Below are positions 13,884 to 25,146 of a stretch of 64,000 nucleotides of DNA, piece after piece. The translations under genes were made by a program, and so were the position numbers. Every line of letters begins with the position of its first letter. Positions within the stretch are counted from its first letter, which is position 1. Origin of the DNA: Magallana gigas. Taxonomy: Eukaryota. The stretch is from NCBI RefSeq assembly GCF_963853765.1, contig NC_088855.1:48484001-48548000 (forward strand), in the 5' to 3' direction. The notes beneath the pieces are model-generated. The model saw only the letters and a program-made list of their open reading frames with translations, was not told the DNA's origin and did not search any database.

Positions 13884-13935
13884 ATGACTCAAAGAAGTTA
13901 CGCTGATCACGGATACGCCTGGGTTATACTAGGAG
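13884..13935 (+). CDS. Alternative first coding exon 1a of the SLC16 transporter (MTQRSYADHGYAWVILG)
   Basis: 52 bp from ATG to a phase-1 G|GTAGCT donor. It encodes the SLC16 N-terminal D-x-G-(W/Y)-x-W motif and is frame-compatible with exon 20369. Confidence 0.7.
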
Positions 13936-14546
13936 GTAGCTATATCTTGATTTATATCTATATTATTATAAATCTCAGCGATTCCACGAATATTGATTAT
14001 TTGTGTGCTCTGTCATTTGTTAGGACATTTGCATTTAATTAAAGGCCTTGCCTTTGTGTCAACATGAAACCTTTTTAAAAATAACTTCGGACTTTCCCCC
14101 AGACGATCGTATATTACCTTCGTACTTCCTTTTTCTAAAAATGACTTAGTTAGCGAATGTATGGTGAACAGTTCAACTATTAATTTAAGTAAAGAAATAT
14201 ATGTCTAACGTTACAGACAATTTTCTTAGTTAAATCTCTTTAAGTTAAAAAGACAATTCTCTAAGTTAGAAAGATATCTTTGTAAGTCAAAGAGACATTT
14301 CGAATTCTTTTAATTTAGAGGATGTCCCATAAGTTAGATTGGCATTTCTTTAAGTTATAGTAGAATAAAGAGACCGAAATTATTAATTGGGAGGAATACA
14401 GAGATCGAAGCTACAGTATATCATTTATATTGAGATGTATCTTTCAATTCTGATTAAATTGTGCACTTTCCTGTAATGAAGGTTGGTAGAAGTTTATCTT
14501 GCGGTCTTCAGATGAATCCATTGCAATGTGCAAGAAGGGATGGCAC

Positions 14547-14548
14547 AG

Positions 14549-14631
<83 letters not shown>

Positions 14632-14632
14632 T
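14547..14632. repeat. (GATA)n microsatellite, about 21 units
   Basis: Directly visible, with one GATA>AATA interruption. Confidence 0.97.
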
Positions 14633-15020
14633 TTTTTATTTCAAAATTAGGACCCTTTCAGGCATTACGAATAACAAGCACGATTGATACATGTACAATA
14701 ACAAAAGCACAAACATAATTATGATTGTATATAATATTCTGCATGTTTTTTTTTGTTTATGAAAGGTTGGAAAGTTCAAAACTAAATGCCATTTCTGAAC
14801 ATTTTACCCAGCTGTCATGATGTAACTTTTGAATTTACCGGGTGGCAGTGAATACAAAATTTACAACATTACACATGTATTTGTTAAAAATTTACATCAT
14901 GACACGGCTCTCCAGATGTATAGTATACTTGTAATGTGGGGGTCACACAATGTGACTTTTCCTCTTACTAAACTAAAATCGAACTGTATAACCACCGTAA
15001 AAGTTGGTGAGTTACTTTAA

Positions 15021-15793
15021 AGGGGATGTGCGGCCATCTTGTACATTTGAGGATAAGAGGGTATCCTATTTTTATCAGTCGGCATGGGATCTATTTTAGA
15101 AAAAGAAAAATGCAGTCTACACTTAGAACTCCTGTATCTATGGAGACACATTAACGTTTTATTTTCATGGAAAAAAAAATAAATGTCAAATCAAATCAAT
15201 CCGCGTTGAATTTGATATATACCTCTATACCTGTCCCATGTTTGCTTATAAAAGTTTTTCTTAGTTCTATAAGTATAAATTATAGTAAATTCTTTTTAGA
15301 GTGGGGTAGGGGTCCAAAAAGTGATTGTCTTAGCTTCAAAAAGTATACATTATATTTCAATGAAAATATATCTTCAATGTACCTCCATAGACACAGACAA
15401 AAATATCTTGTGGGAATTGATAGCTTTTGAAGCCAATTTTAAGAATAGGGTACCCGACTTTGAGAGAAAGTTACAACTTGAATAAGCAAGCTTAGACCTT
15501 TTCTCAACAAATGGTTGTAGAGCGGACACCAATAAACCTTCCTATTTTTCCAGATTTTTAAATCTTCAAAAAATCTTTAGCTGCACAGTTCGACAGCTGT
15601 TCTAAGGGATTAAAAAAGCATTGTCATATGTTCTTGTATGCATACTTTCTAAACAAAATGACATGTAGGACTTCATATTTATTGCTTTTGTATCTTTTGG
15701 AAACAGTTTTGGCAAGTTTTGGGCAGAAACTAGGCAGTTCAAGAACTGTTTACATTCTTATCCTCAAATGTACAAGATGGCTGAATATCCCCC
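15021..15793. mobile_element. 773-bp Kolobok-type non-autonomous DNA transposon
   Basis: TTAA at 15017-15020 and 15794-15797. 37-bp TIR AGGGGATGTGCGGCCATCTTGTACATTTGAGGATAAG matches the reverse complement of the right end at 33/37. Purine-purine termini with a TTAA TSD define Kolobok rather than piggyBac (which starts CC). Confidence 0.82.
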
Positions 15794-16997
15794 TTAATAT
15801 CGCCCAAGTCGAACAGAAATCGATTGCAAGATGTGGCCACATTTAGAGGCAAGTTATATCGCGATTTTTTTTTTTTTTAGAGGATAGTGAGTTGGTACGC
15901 TTCAGATGTGACTTAAAAACAACACGAAAAAAGTATGAACTACCTGGGGTTTGATTTGAATTAGGGTTACACAAACAAATACACTACACATATGAAAGCG
16001 CAGATGCATGTGAATGATGGAAAAATACTACTAGTATATTGTATGTCTTGGAGATATAATTGAAGATTAACCATATTTTATGAGAAAATAAAAAACCCTG
16101 TGTGATGTAATGCCAAAGTGTACCCAGGTGGACACAAACGTGTGAGTGTGCTGGTCCCAACACTGACGATGGCTGACAGACACTTGACTTGTTATAAAAC
16201 AGGACCACAATCACACACTCCTCCTCGTGTGTCCCGCGGCTTTTAATTATTCATGTTAAAGATTATTCAAAAACACGATTTATTTTTAAATCCCTAATAA
16301 AATCAAAATTTACAGAATATCGGACAGTGGAGTTTGTCAGGTAAGCTTCTAAAATAAATCAGATAAAATAAAACTCAGAAATGAAATACTCTTGGATGAT
16401 ATGCATGCAGGTAGTGTAATAATTGGAACGTTTTATTACGGCTGTGTAGCTCCCAGTAGATAGCAGTCCTCGAGTGCATAGATTAATTAACCAAGGAATT
16501 GTTACCCTAATGAAATGAAGAAGTTTATTACGTAATATATCATAAATGTATGGAACGCCACATTTGTCTTATGTGGTTATTTCATTAGAAGATTGTGCTT
16601 TATTATATAAAGATGGTGCTTCATTAATAAAAATAAATAATAAAAAGTAAGAAAAATTAACTAAATTATTCTTAATGTAAATCAGTGCGTTAGATAAAAG
16701 AAACAACCAAATGGTCTTCTATAGGAATTTGATTCTAACATCAGCATGATTATTTCTAGCTGCAACCTCTCCCGGTTTTTTTTCTCCAGTAAACATCAGA
16801 CATAAAAAAATCGGAGAGGGCTTCAGTATTGCATCTAGATTATTTTGTACAGCTATGATTGTACATTCAATTTCCGTAAGAACGCCTGATAGATGTGAAT
16901 ATATTTCAATGAATTGTTAAAGTGTCATGTTTTATCAACATGCACGTGTTTACTGTTATAAGTCACTGATTCCCCTTAATTTAAAGTGATAATTTCA

Positions 16998-18116
16998 ATT
17001 GTTATACTTTCATGTTAAATACTGAAATCTGATTGGTTAAGACGCAGTTAATAATATTTACTATTACCCTCAGCGTTAGCAACGCACTTGGCAACGGGTA
17101 ACATTATATAAATAGTGCCTGTTTGGGAGGGTAACAGTTGAAATTGACACCCCGAGAAAACCATTGTCAACCGACGCGAAGCGGAGGTTGACAATGGTTT
17201 TCGAGGGGTGTCAATTTCAACTGTTATCCTCCCAAACAGGCACTATTTATTTTGTTATACTGAATGTCTTTTTAAAAATTTTTAAGAAAATTTTACTGCT
17301 TTTATATAGGAATAACGTGAATTCTACAGCGAACCGTACGCGCATAATTTTCGCGCATGTAACATTTTTTAATGTTACCCGTTGCCAAGTGCGTTGCTAA
17401 CGCTGAGGGTAATAGTAAATATTATTAACTGCGTCTTAACCAATCAGATTTCAGTATTTAACATGAAAGTATAACAATATATAAATAGTGCCTGTTTGGG
17501 AGGGTAACAGTTGAAATTGACACCCCGAGAAAACCATTGTCAACCGACGCGAAGCGGAGGTTGACAATGGTTTTCGAGGGGTGTCAATTTCAACTGTTAT
17601 CCTCCCAAACAGGCACTATTTATTTTGTTATACTGAATGTCTTGTTAAAAATTTTTAAGAAAATTTTACTGCTTTTATATAGGAATAACGTGAATTCTAC
17701 AGCGAACCGTACGCGCATAATTTTCGCGCATGTAACATTTTTTAATGTTACCCGTTGCCAAGTGCGTTGCTAACGCTGAGGGTAATAGTAAATATTATTA
17801 ACTGCGTCTTAACCAATCAGATTTCAGTATTTAACATGAAAGTATAACAATAAAAAATGTTACATGCGCGAAAATTATGCGCGTACGGTTCGCTGTAGAA
17901 TTCACGTTATTCCTATATAAAAGCAGTAAAATTTTCTTAAAAATTTTTAACAAGACATTCAGTATAACAAAATAAATAGTGCCTGTTTGGGAGGATAACA
18001 GTTGAAATTGACACCCCTCGAAAACCATTGTCAACCTCCGCTTCGCGTCGGTTGACAATGGTTTTCTCGGGGTGTCAATTTCAACTGTTACCCTCCCAAA
18101 CAGGCACTATTTATAT
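16998..18116. mobile_element. Composite of three near-identical copies of a 373-bp non-coding element with a 143-bp terminal hairpin (two forward copies nested in one inverted copy)
   Basis: Segments a(16998-17105) - B(17108-17250) - C(17251-17370) - a'(17371-17478) - B(17481-17623) - C(17624-17743) - a'(17744-17851) - C'(17852-17971) - B'(17972-18114). B has 65-bp arms (62/65 paired) around a GCGAAGC loop. Confidence 0.88.
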
Positions 18117-18606
18117 AGTGGCATTTTTAAATCATGTATGGGGAAAGAAGTCGTCGAGCGGATAAGGCGATATCAATTGATAAAATAGTAAATTGTCAGA
18201 CTGAACTTATGACCTTAGCTGGCAAAAATAGAATTCTTAATGTCTTTTCTAACCACAAACTATTATTTAGTAGAGAAAAATTCGAGTATTATATTTATTT
18301 TCTTGTTGAGCAGTTCGGAAGTTACTATAGAAATCGATATATCATTTTCATCGTTGAATTACATTTATTGCTACAAAAAAGGAAGTCTGTCAAGCTAGAG
18401 ATATTTTTATGAATATTGATACCACCTGTAACCACGGATATTGCTCAAAATCGTTGTCGATGGATTAGTGTAAAATATACATACCGATATACGTATATGT
18501 ACTATTTATAATATCTATATATTTTTGTGTTGCGTGAACTCCTGTTCGACCATTGTTTTCTTTAAAATTCACAAGTCATGACACCTTTTGCTTGGTCTGG
18601 CAGAAT

Positions 18607-21600
18607 ATGGTTGCCATTCTTGATGTAGACAGAGGATACGCTTGGGTGATTTTGGGAGGTAACACAGTCCTTTTTAGTCCTCTGTTCGATTATCTTTATA
18701 TAAAAAATGACATCCCTATCACCATCACCCACCAACATACTTACGTGTCATTCTCTCTCTGCGTTTTCTCCCATGTATTACACACCGGTATATTGGTATA
18801 ATGATGTGTATCTATATTATCCCTAAAAATATATGAAATTGATACATGTACCTCATAAATTATGTCTGTTACTGCTACCTATATCAGTTTTGTACTGCAT
18901 TTATTACTGGATTCAAGTGAAACAAGAGGCCTACAGGTCTTATCGCTCACATGGGGGTTAATCCAATTACACCTTAATTCAAAGTAGCTCAACACACTTG
19001 AAATAGTTTCTCAAATCAGCAGAAAAATACTTGATTATGATAGATAACATGTAGCAGAAGAAATATACAAGTAAAAAACAGCAAAAGAAATACGCAGTTT
19101 TGGATTTTAAACAAAAATTTAATTCAGTAAATTTAAACAAAACCCTCAGACGGATTCGAATTGCTGACCTGCGAATTACAAGCCTGATACTATAACCACT
19201 GATCCATGATGATATTAAACCAAATCAATGGATACAACAATTCAACAAAACATTGCCATCATGTGACGCTGTGTCTTAAAAAAGTATGTCTTGATGTCTT
19301 GGGCTACCTTAAAGTCCTTTTATTTAGGAATGCTTTTTGGTTGACCATGTGATTCTTGAAAAAAGTCACAAACTGACAGACGTTAGTTAACATGTGATCA
19401 GAAAAACTGATTGAATTTTCAGCTCAGGTGAGCTATAAAGGGTCGGGTTAAAAAAATAATAACGAGATTGATAAAAACTAATAGTGTATCTATTATTTGT
19501 AATCTTTGTATCACAGTATCTTCATGTAACTCGCAGTGACTTGTAATACTGCTAACTTGTTCCCTACTGTAATTGGGACAGATATAGACTATATATTCAT
19601 GTTATCTAACTCTGCTTACTTCCTTACAAGTACAATACGCATGCGTTGTCGTTTGACTTGTTGTTTAAGCATGAAAATACACAGAACAAAAACGCCTTTT
19701 ATAGATTTTCTTTTGACCAAAATTATTTATATCTAAACAATAGAATGCTTTCTTTGGTAATTCATGCGGGAATGAAGGTAGCGACATTGCAGAAATAATA
19801 CATAACCCACGTTGACTAGCAGGTTATGTATTTTTTCTCAAATGATCGCTACCTTCATATTTTGCATGAATAATCAAAGACAGCATTTTATTGCATTTAT
19901 TGTAATAAACTATTGAATTAATCAAAAGTAGAAGGTAAAAGTAAGTGGATTGTTGTTCATGTACATCGGAACGCTGGATAAAAGAAATAGCAAAACCTTC
20001 GTATATGAGAATTTGAGTTTGGCATCATCAAGTTTTATTTTTGGTACAGTCCGTGATTTTTCTTACGTTGCTGAAGGTTTCGACCAATTGATAAACGATC
20101 GTGTAGATTTTAGCCCTGTCAGTTTCTATAGAGCTGTGAATTACAATCGGTTTTCTCTTGAAATGTAGGGAAAAAATACACAGGGGATGTAAAAATTCAT
20201 ATGTATACATAGTCTTCACTTCCTAACTCCTTAATCTCAGTAAATGTATGTTTTCATCTGTCTATCAATGTTCTAACTTACCTAAATGAAAGTCTTACCC
20301 TATTCTTTTTTTCAATCACTACCATGACTATGCACTTCCATGTTACGGCTGTTATTTTGTTTTTCCAGCTTGCTTCTTTATGTACATGCTGTTGCTGGGT
20401 TCCATCAAGTCTTTTGGAATCTTGTACTCGGAGATTTTGCTGACGACTGACAATGGAGCGGGGAGCACCGCACTGATCGGGAGTTCCGCCGGCTTCATCC
20501 AGTCACTGACCGGTAATAGAGCGCCGTAACTACTTAACTCCATCCCATGTTATTGTTCCCAGCAATTTTCACGATTTTTAAGAAGTACAATTGGAAGCGA
20601 TGAGAGAGATAAAATACAAGATTTCTTAATTGACACTTCTTTTATCTTTACCCGGATAAGTCCACACGAACAAACAAAAATTTCTTTAGGAGATTTATAA
20701 TGGGAAAAACTGACATCTTTTATCATTCGAAAGTCACTTGGATCACTTCACACAATTTTTCAACGTTATCATCCGGGTACTTTCATGGCAATGCAAATTC
20801 CTATTAGCTGATACACTCTAGGGGGGGGGGGGTTAAAGGGACTTGGACACGATTTGAGATCAAAAAAAATTATTTTTATTTTTTATGTATAAACTGGTTT
20901 ACTGGTGAATTTAAATGATTAATCAAAATATTGAATGTTAAAGTCAAGTTACAAACGAGATACAGAGGTAAGAATTGATTGTTATGTAAACAAAGCTCGA
21001 GTCTTATAGTTGTTTACAAAAAAATGAAATGTAGAGAATTACCATTTCTTTGACAAAATGACATGTAAACAACAATTCAAACTAACTCAATATCTCATAA
21101 ATACTATTATCAATAAAAGAAAGTTACATTTAATTGAAACTTACGCCAATACAACACATATGTAAAAAATGACAATATTCGAGTTTTGTTTACAAAACAA
21201 AGAATTATGAACTCCGTATCTTGCCTATAACTTGACATTTGGCTTTCAAATTTTGACATGATATTATAAACTTCTATATTTATCAATATAAACATTGAAA
21301 AGGGAAAAATAAATTTTGAAAATTTAAAGTCAAATCGTGTCTAAGTCCCTTTAAAGGGTCAAAAATTGTTTTTTCGATTTTAATGTTTACAATGCTTTAG
21401 TAAGGCATTTGGCCAAAATTTGAGTGTCATTTGATGAGTCGTAAGCGAGTTACAGAGCTTACAATTTTTCGCTGTGTAAACAAAGCGTTTGTTTACATTT
21501 TGAATGTTGAAGTGAAAATTCCAGTTTAAGACCTAAAATGAATGTGTTAATCGTTAGGAACTGTCATTTATGCTTAAAATGGATAATAAGATAGACAAAC

Positions 21601-23822
21601 CAGCTTTAAAAAGATTTTGTACTGGTATATTAAACCTATGAAAACAAAAACAGGGCACAAGCCTTGTTTACATGACGAAGAATTGTAAGCCCTGTATCTT
21701 GCTTAAAACTCAACGACTGGCAACCAAATTTCATTTGATCATTAGAAATGCATTGCAAGTAATAAAAACAGAAAAATAAAATTTGACCAAAATCGTGACC
21801 ATGCCACTTTAAAAGGGGGAAATCATGCATAAATATTCTGTGACAGAGTACAGTACAATCAATACCAATCTTTGCAAGCCAAAGATTCGGGTCCTTTCAT
21901 AGAGAAATTACAATATATATTCATGTTTGTGTACATGAAGGAGCATGTATCTTTTATGTATTTGGAAACCTAATTATAACTTTATATTCTGGATACTTTA
22001 CTTGTAGGTCCGTTTTCTATATTCCTGGCTGTTCGGTTCTCTTTCCGTTCGGTATGTCTCCTGGGCGGCGTGTTTCTGTGCCTGGGATACGTGACCAGTG
22101 CCCTCATCCACAATGTCTTGTACTGGTACCTGACGTACAGCGTCATCGCAGGTGAGCTTAAAGGCCCCCCAGACTCTATCGGTTACTGCTCAAAATATCT
22201 TTTATTAAACTTTTGTTTAAATTTATATCATTTTATGGCAGGATTCGGTTATGGCTTGGCATACGTCCCTTGCACTACACTGATCAACTACTACTTTGAG
22301 CGGAATCGAGCACTGGCCAATGGCATCGTTCTCTCAGCAAGCGGCGTAGGCGGCTTCCTGTTCCCACATATCTATCGGTTCCTTCTAGACCGCTACGCAC
22401 TTAGTGGTGCTATGATAATTCTTGGTGGTGTCATGTTGAATATTTGTGTGGCAGCTTCGTTTTTAAGACAACCACTTGAGTTCACTGGGTCTCAAAGTTC
22501 AACAAACAAGACAGGAAAATCACAAGAAGTTCCCAAGACTTGCAGAGAGCTTGTCTTTCGGAAGTTTTGTGTTTGTGGTAGCGATGTCTTAAGAGACCTG
22601 CGTTTCCTCTTCATTTCGATGGCCTTTTGCTTGACCGCTCTGAGCTATTCGGCCTATTTTTACACTTTCCCATCGTTTCTTGAATCGGAAAATGTCGGAA
22701 AATCCACCACTGTCTTCATCTTTTCGTTGACGGGTGTGTGCGAGATTTTTGCCAGGGTAGCCATGGGATGGTTCACAGATCTGAGGATTCTTTCGCCCAC
22801 GTGTATTTACGGAATCTGCATGGTCGTCAGTGGTGTTGCTACGCTAGCTGTACCTCTGCTCCATCAAACAACCATATACTATATCTACGCAGTAATAGTA
22901 GGAATATTCCCAGGGTCATTTTATGCATTGATGTCTGTGATAATACTGGAGACCATTGCTCTCAAGAATCTGCCGTCAGCATTTGCTATCATCACAATAT
23001 TCATTGCTGTCTTTTCCTTACTTGGAATACCTTGTCTAGGTAAGTAAATCAGGCATATTCGAGGAACACTCGGGTGCTTTTCTCTCGCTCTCCCTATGCC
23101 ATCCCCTACCCCCCCCCCTCTCTCTCTCTCTCTCGTGATTTCATAGACCTATGGATTTTAAAATTTTAAAGATGGTTTTAGTATCAGTGTATTTAAGGAA
23201 TATGGAATCATTCTTTGAGTATTTTGAGGTGATAATTTCGGGCTTTATTGGATATGACCACACTCCGACCGAAATTATCACCTCATAATATCCAAAGAAT
23301 GATTCCTAATTACTTATAATAATATTATTTCCAATTTGTATACTTTAAAACAACATTATTTTAAAACCACTATTTTTTTTAATGTAGCACATACTATGTA
23401 TTACAACGCGGCGCAGCCAATACCGCTTTGCGGTTATGCTGTAAGACACGCCCATTTTGTGTCAATCATGTTTTGTGAAGTTATTGGGTTTTAGGGTTCA
23501 AAATGGATTCGTAATGTTATCACAGGCAAAGACAGTTGAACATGTAAATATTTCAGTTTAAAAGTGTTTCGAAGCATGCCGAATTTTGTAGTCTGCTCAC
23601 CATTTCTTTACTTTAGGTTGGATTGAGGATTTGACGAAGAGCTGGGACAACGTGTTTTTCATCACAGGAGTTTTGCAATTATTGGCTGCCATGGTAGCAT
23701 TCTCTGTTTCCAGGTGTTTTGACACGAATACCAGTGACAATGACATAGTGATAGAACAGGGCAAGGCTGAGGCAGCAGACGATAAACTCTTGGGTGGAGA
23801 AAAAGAGGCAGGAATCGAATGA
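18607..23822 (+). CDS. SLC16/monocarboxylate transporter family member (MFS, about 12 TM), 447 aa
   Basis: Exons 18607-18658 (1b, MVAILDVDRGYAWVILG), 20369-20512, 22008-22151, 22242-23039 and 23617-23822 (stop TGA). All GT-AG with consistent phases. Motifs DRGYAWV, GSIKSFG and GFGYGLAY...YYFERNRALANG are SLC16 signatures. The exact orthologue cannot be assigned. Confidence 0.9.
18921..19437 (+). mobile_element. Old degenerate Helentron/HINE copy
   Basis: 5' motif AACAAGAGGCCTACAGG..TCGCTCAC at 18921. The 3' motif GTGATCAGAAAAACT...GCTCAGGTGAGCTA at 19394-19435 is homologous to the HINE end at 1712-1756. Confidence 0.6.
18982..19308 (-). mobile_element. Degenerate TTAA-type element with a tRNA-like module, nested in the HINE
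   Basis: Right end GGGCTACC|TTAA (19301-19312); left end degenerate (GTAGCTC). On the minus strand, A-box-like TGGATCAGTGG and B-box-like AATTCGAATCC lie at 19152-19206. Confidence 0.4.
19737..19893. mobile_element. Degenerate long-hairpin repeat element
   Basis: Arms GAATGCT..CTTTG..ATTCATGC..ATGAAGGTAGCGA..ATACATAACC and GGTTATGTAT..TCGCTACCTTCAT..GCATGAAT..CAAAG..AGCATT are reverse complements around a loop of about 14 nt. Confidence 0.65.
20581..20800 (+). repeat. Internal fragment homologous to the mariner-like element at 37402-37877
   Basis: Shared blocks such as GGAGATTTATAATGGGAAA and CACAATTTTTCAAC(G/A)TTATCATCCGGG are collinear with 37471-37695. Confidence 0.7.
20837..21350 (+). 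mobile_element. 514-bp Kolobok-type element, family 1
   Basis: TTAA at 20833-20836 and 21351-21354. TIR AGGGACTTGGACACGATTT versus AAATCGTGTCTAAGTCCCT (18/19). An inverted paralog lies at 30371-30979. Confidence 0.88.
21355..21808 (+). mobile_element. Kolobok-type element, family 2, abutting family 1 and sharing its TTAA; left TIR internally deleted
   Basis: Starts TTAA|AGGGTCAAAAATTG and ends TTTGACCAAAATCGTGACCATGCCACT|TTAA (21809-21812). The paralog at 42792 shows the full TIR AGGGGCGTGGTCACGATTTTGGTCAAAA. Confidence 0.82.
23194..23316. mobile_element. Long-hairpin repeat element in the last SLC16 intron
   Basis: GGAATCATTCTTTGAGTATTTTGAGGTGATAATTTCGG (23204-23241) pairs with CCGAAATTATCACCTCATAATATCCAAAGAATGATTCC (23269-23306). 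Confidence 0.75.
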
Positions 23823-25039
23823 AAAGAGCTTGAAGTTTAGGATTACTTGTACTATGTATCATAGTACTTCTACTATGAGACTTTAATAGGTGATGCGAAG
23901 TAGGCGATATCAGCAATGAATTCGTGTGTAAAACACAACTGTTATTCAATAGCATGTTGTTTAAGACACAACAACGAAATATTCATGAAATAAAATTCCA
24001 TTTATACCATTGCTTTATTTTTATGCTAAATTATCTCAATACACCCCCCCACACCCTTCCAAAAAAAAAAAAAGATCGAGAATCGGGGGTATTCTTTTCT
24101 AGTATAGCCTTATGTATGTTTGCCAAAAGTTCATAATTTTCTATATTACTTTTGAACCTTTTCAGGTGAACCCTTCCAGTTTGGAACACGTACGCATTTA
24201 ACTGTTATTAATTATAACCTTTAATTTCAACGAACATTTGCCCATTGGCTTGTCCATGATTAATGTTACACAAATGTATACTTGGGTTGAATGAACAATA
24301 ATCTTACGAGCTCCCTTGGTAAGAAATACTTGTATTGTCTAATATGGAGTAGAGGGTTAAATTTCCGTTCCAACTGGCTCACATAATCGATGTTGCCCAA
24401 AACAAATTCAATATTCGTTTTAATTAAAGAAGAATTTAAAACAAATTGCCACTATTTTGCTCTTTTCTGCCAAAAATAAATTCCTTTGGCCGCACAACTT
24501 CGGTGAATTGGCATGTACGAAACTCTAGACTGAACAACTGAATTCATTGGCGTGAAAAAGTTGGCCATATTTATTCATCTCTATGTGCACCGAAAGCTCG
24601 TAAAATCAAAATATGATCATTGATCTTGATCACATCACTGCTTGGTAGAATTGGGAGGATCTGTGTGAAACATATACATCTTTTTCCGTATAAGACGGAA
24701 ATTAATTAACTAAAATGTTTATTGGTGTAAACTTGTCACATAATACAGAATGTATAAACATATGCAGCAAAACTAGAAAGCACATAACACGTGACTGAAT
24801 CCAAAATGAGAATAGTGTATTAAAGTGAATGTTAAATATTGTAGTAATGGGATTGACCCTTTCTAGTATATACAGTTATATACCTACAGCTTTTAATATT
24901 AGCTGTAACATTAAATTTCGTTCCACTATAAATTTTAGACTTGTTAAAATTTATCTTGACCAGCAACCGATACTTCACATTGGCCTGACCATTAAGCATT
25001 CAGTTTGGTGAAGTAAGGACCTGTAATAACTTAGATACA

Positions 25040-25146
25040 GGACCTGCAACAAAAACTTTAACCAGGTCTGGACGCCGACGCGGGGGGTATACATGTAGCA
25101 TAAGCCCCCCCCCCCCCCCCCCGACTTCGTCTTGGTGAGCTAAAAA
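25040..25146 (+). mobile_element. Truncated HINE 3' end
   Basis: ...GGACGCCGACGCGGGGGGTATA...GACTTCGTCTTGGTGAGCTAAAAA carries the same GTGAGCTAAAAA terminus as 1747-1758. Confidence 0.55.

Noticed and set aside
17164-18058. Three identical 75-78 aa ORFs (MSTDAKRRLTMVFEG...)
   Set aside because: They start at TTG inside the hairpin arm of the repeated element and show no transposase or recombinase motifs.
17108-18114. Regularly spaced palindromic repeats resembling a CRISPR array
   Set aside because: The context is eukaryotic, the units are 373 bp and the spacers are identical; this is a transposon multimer.
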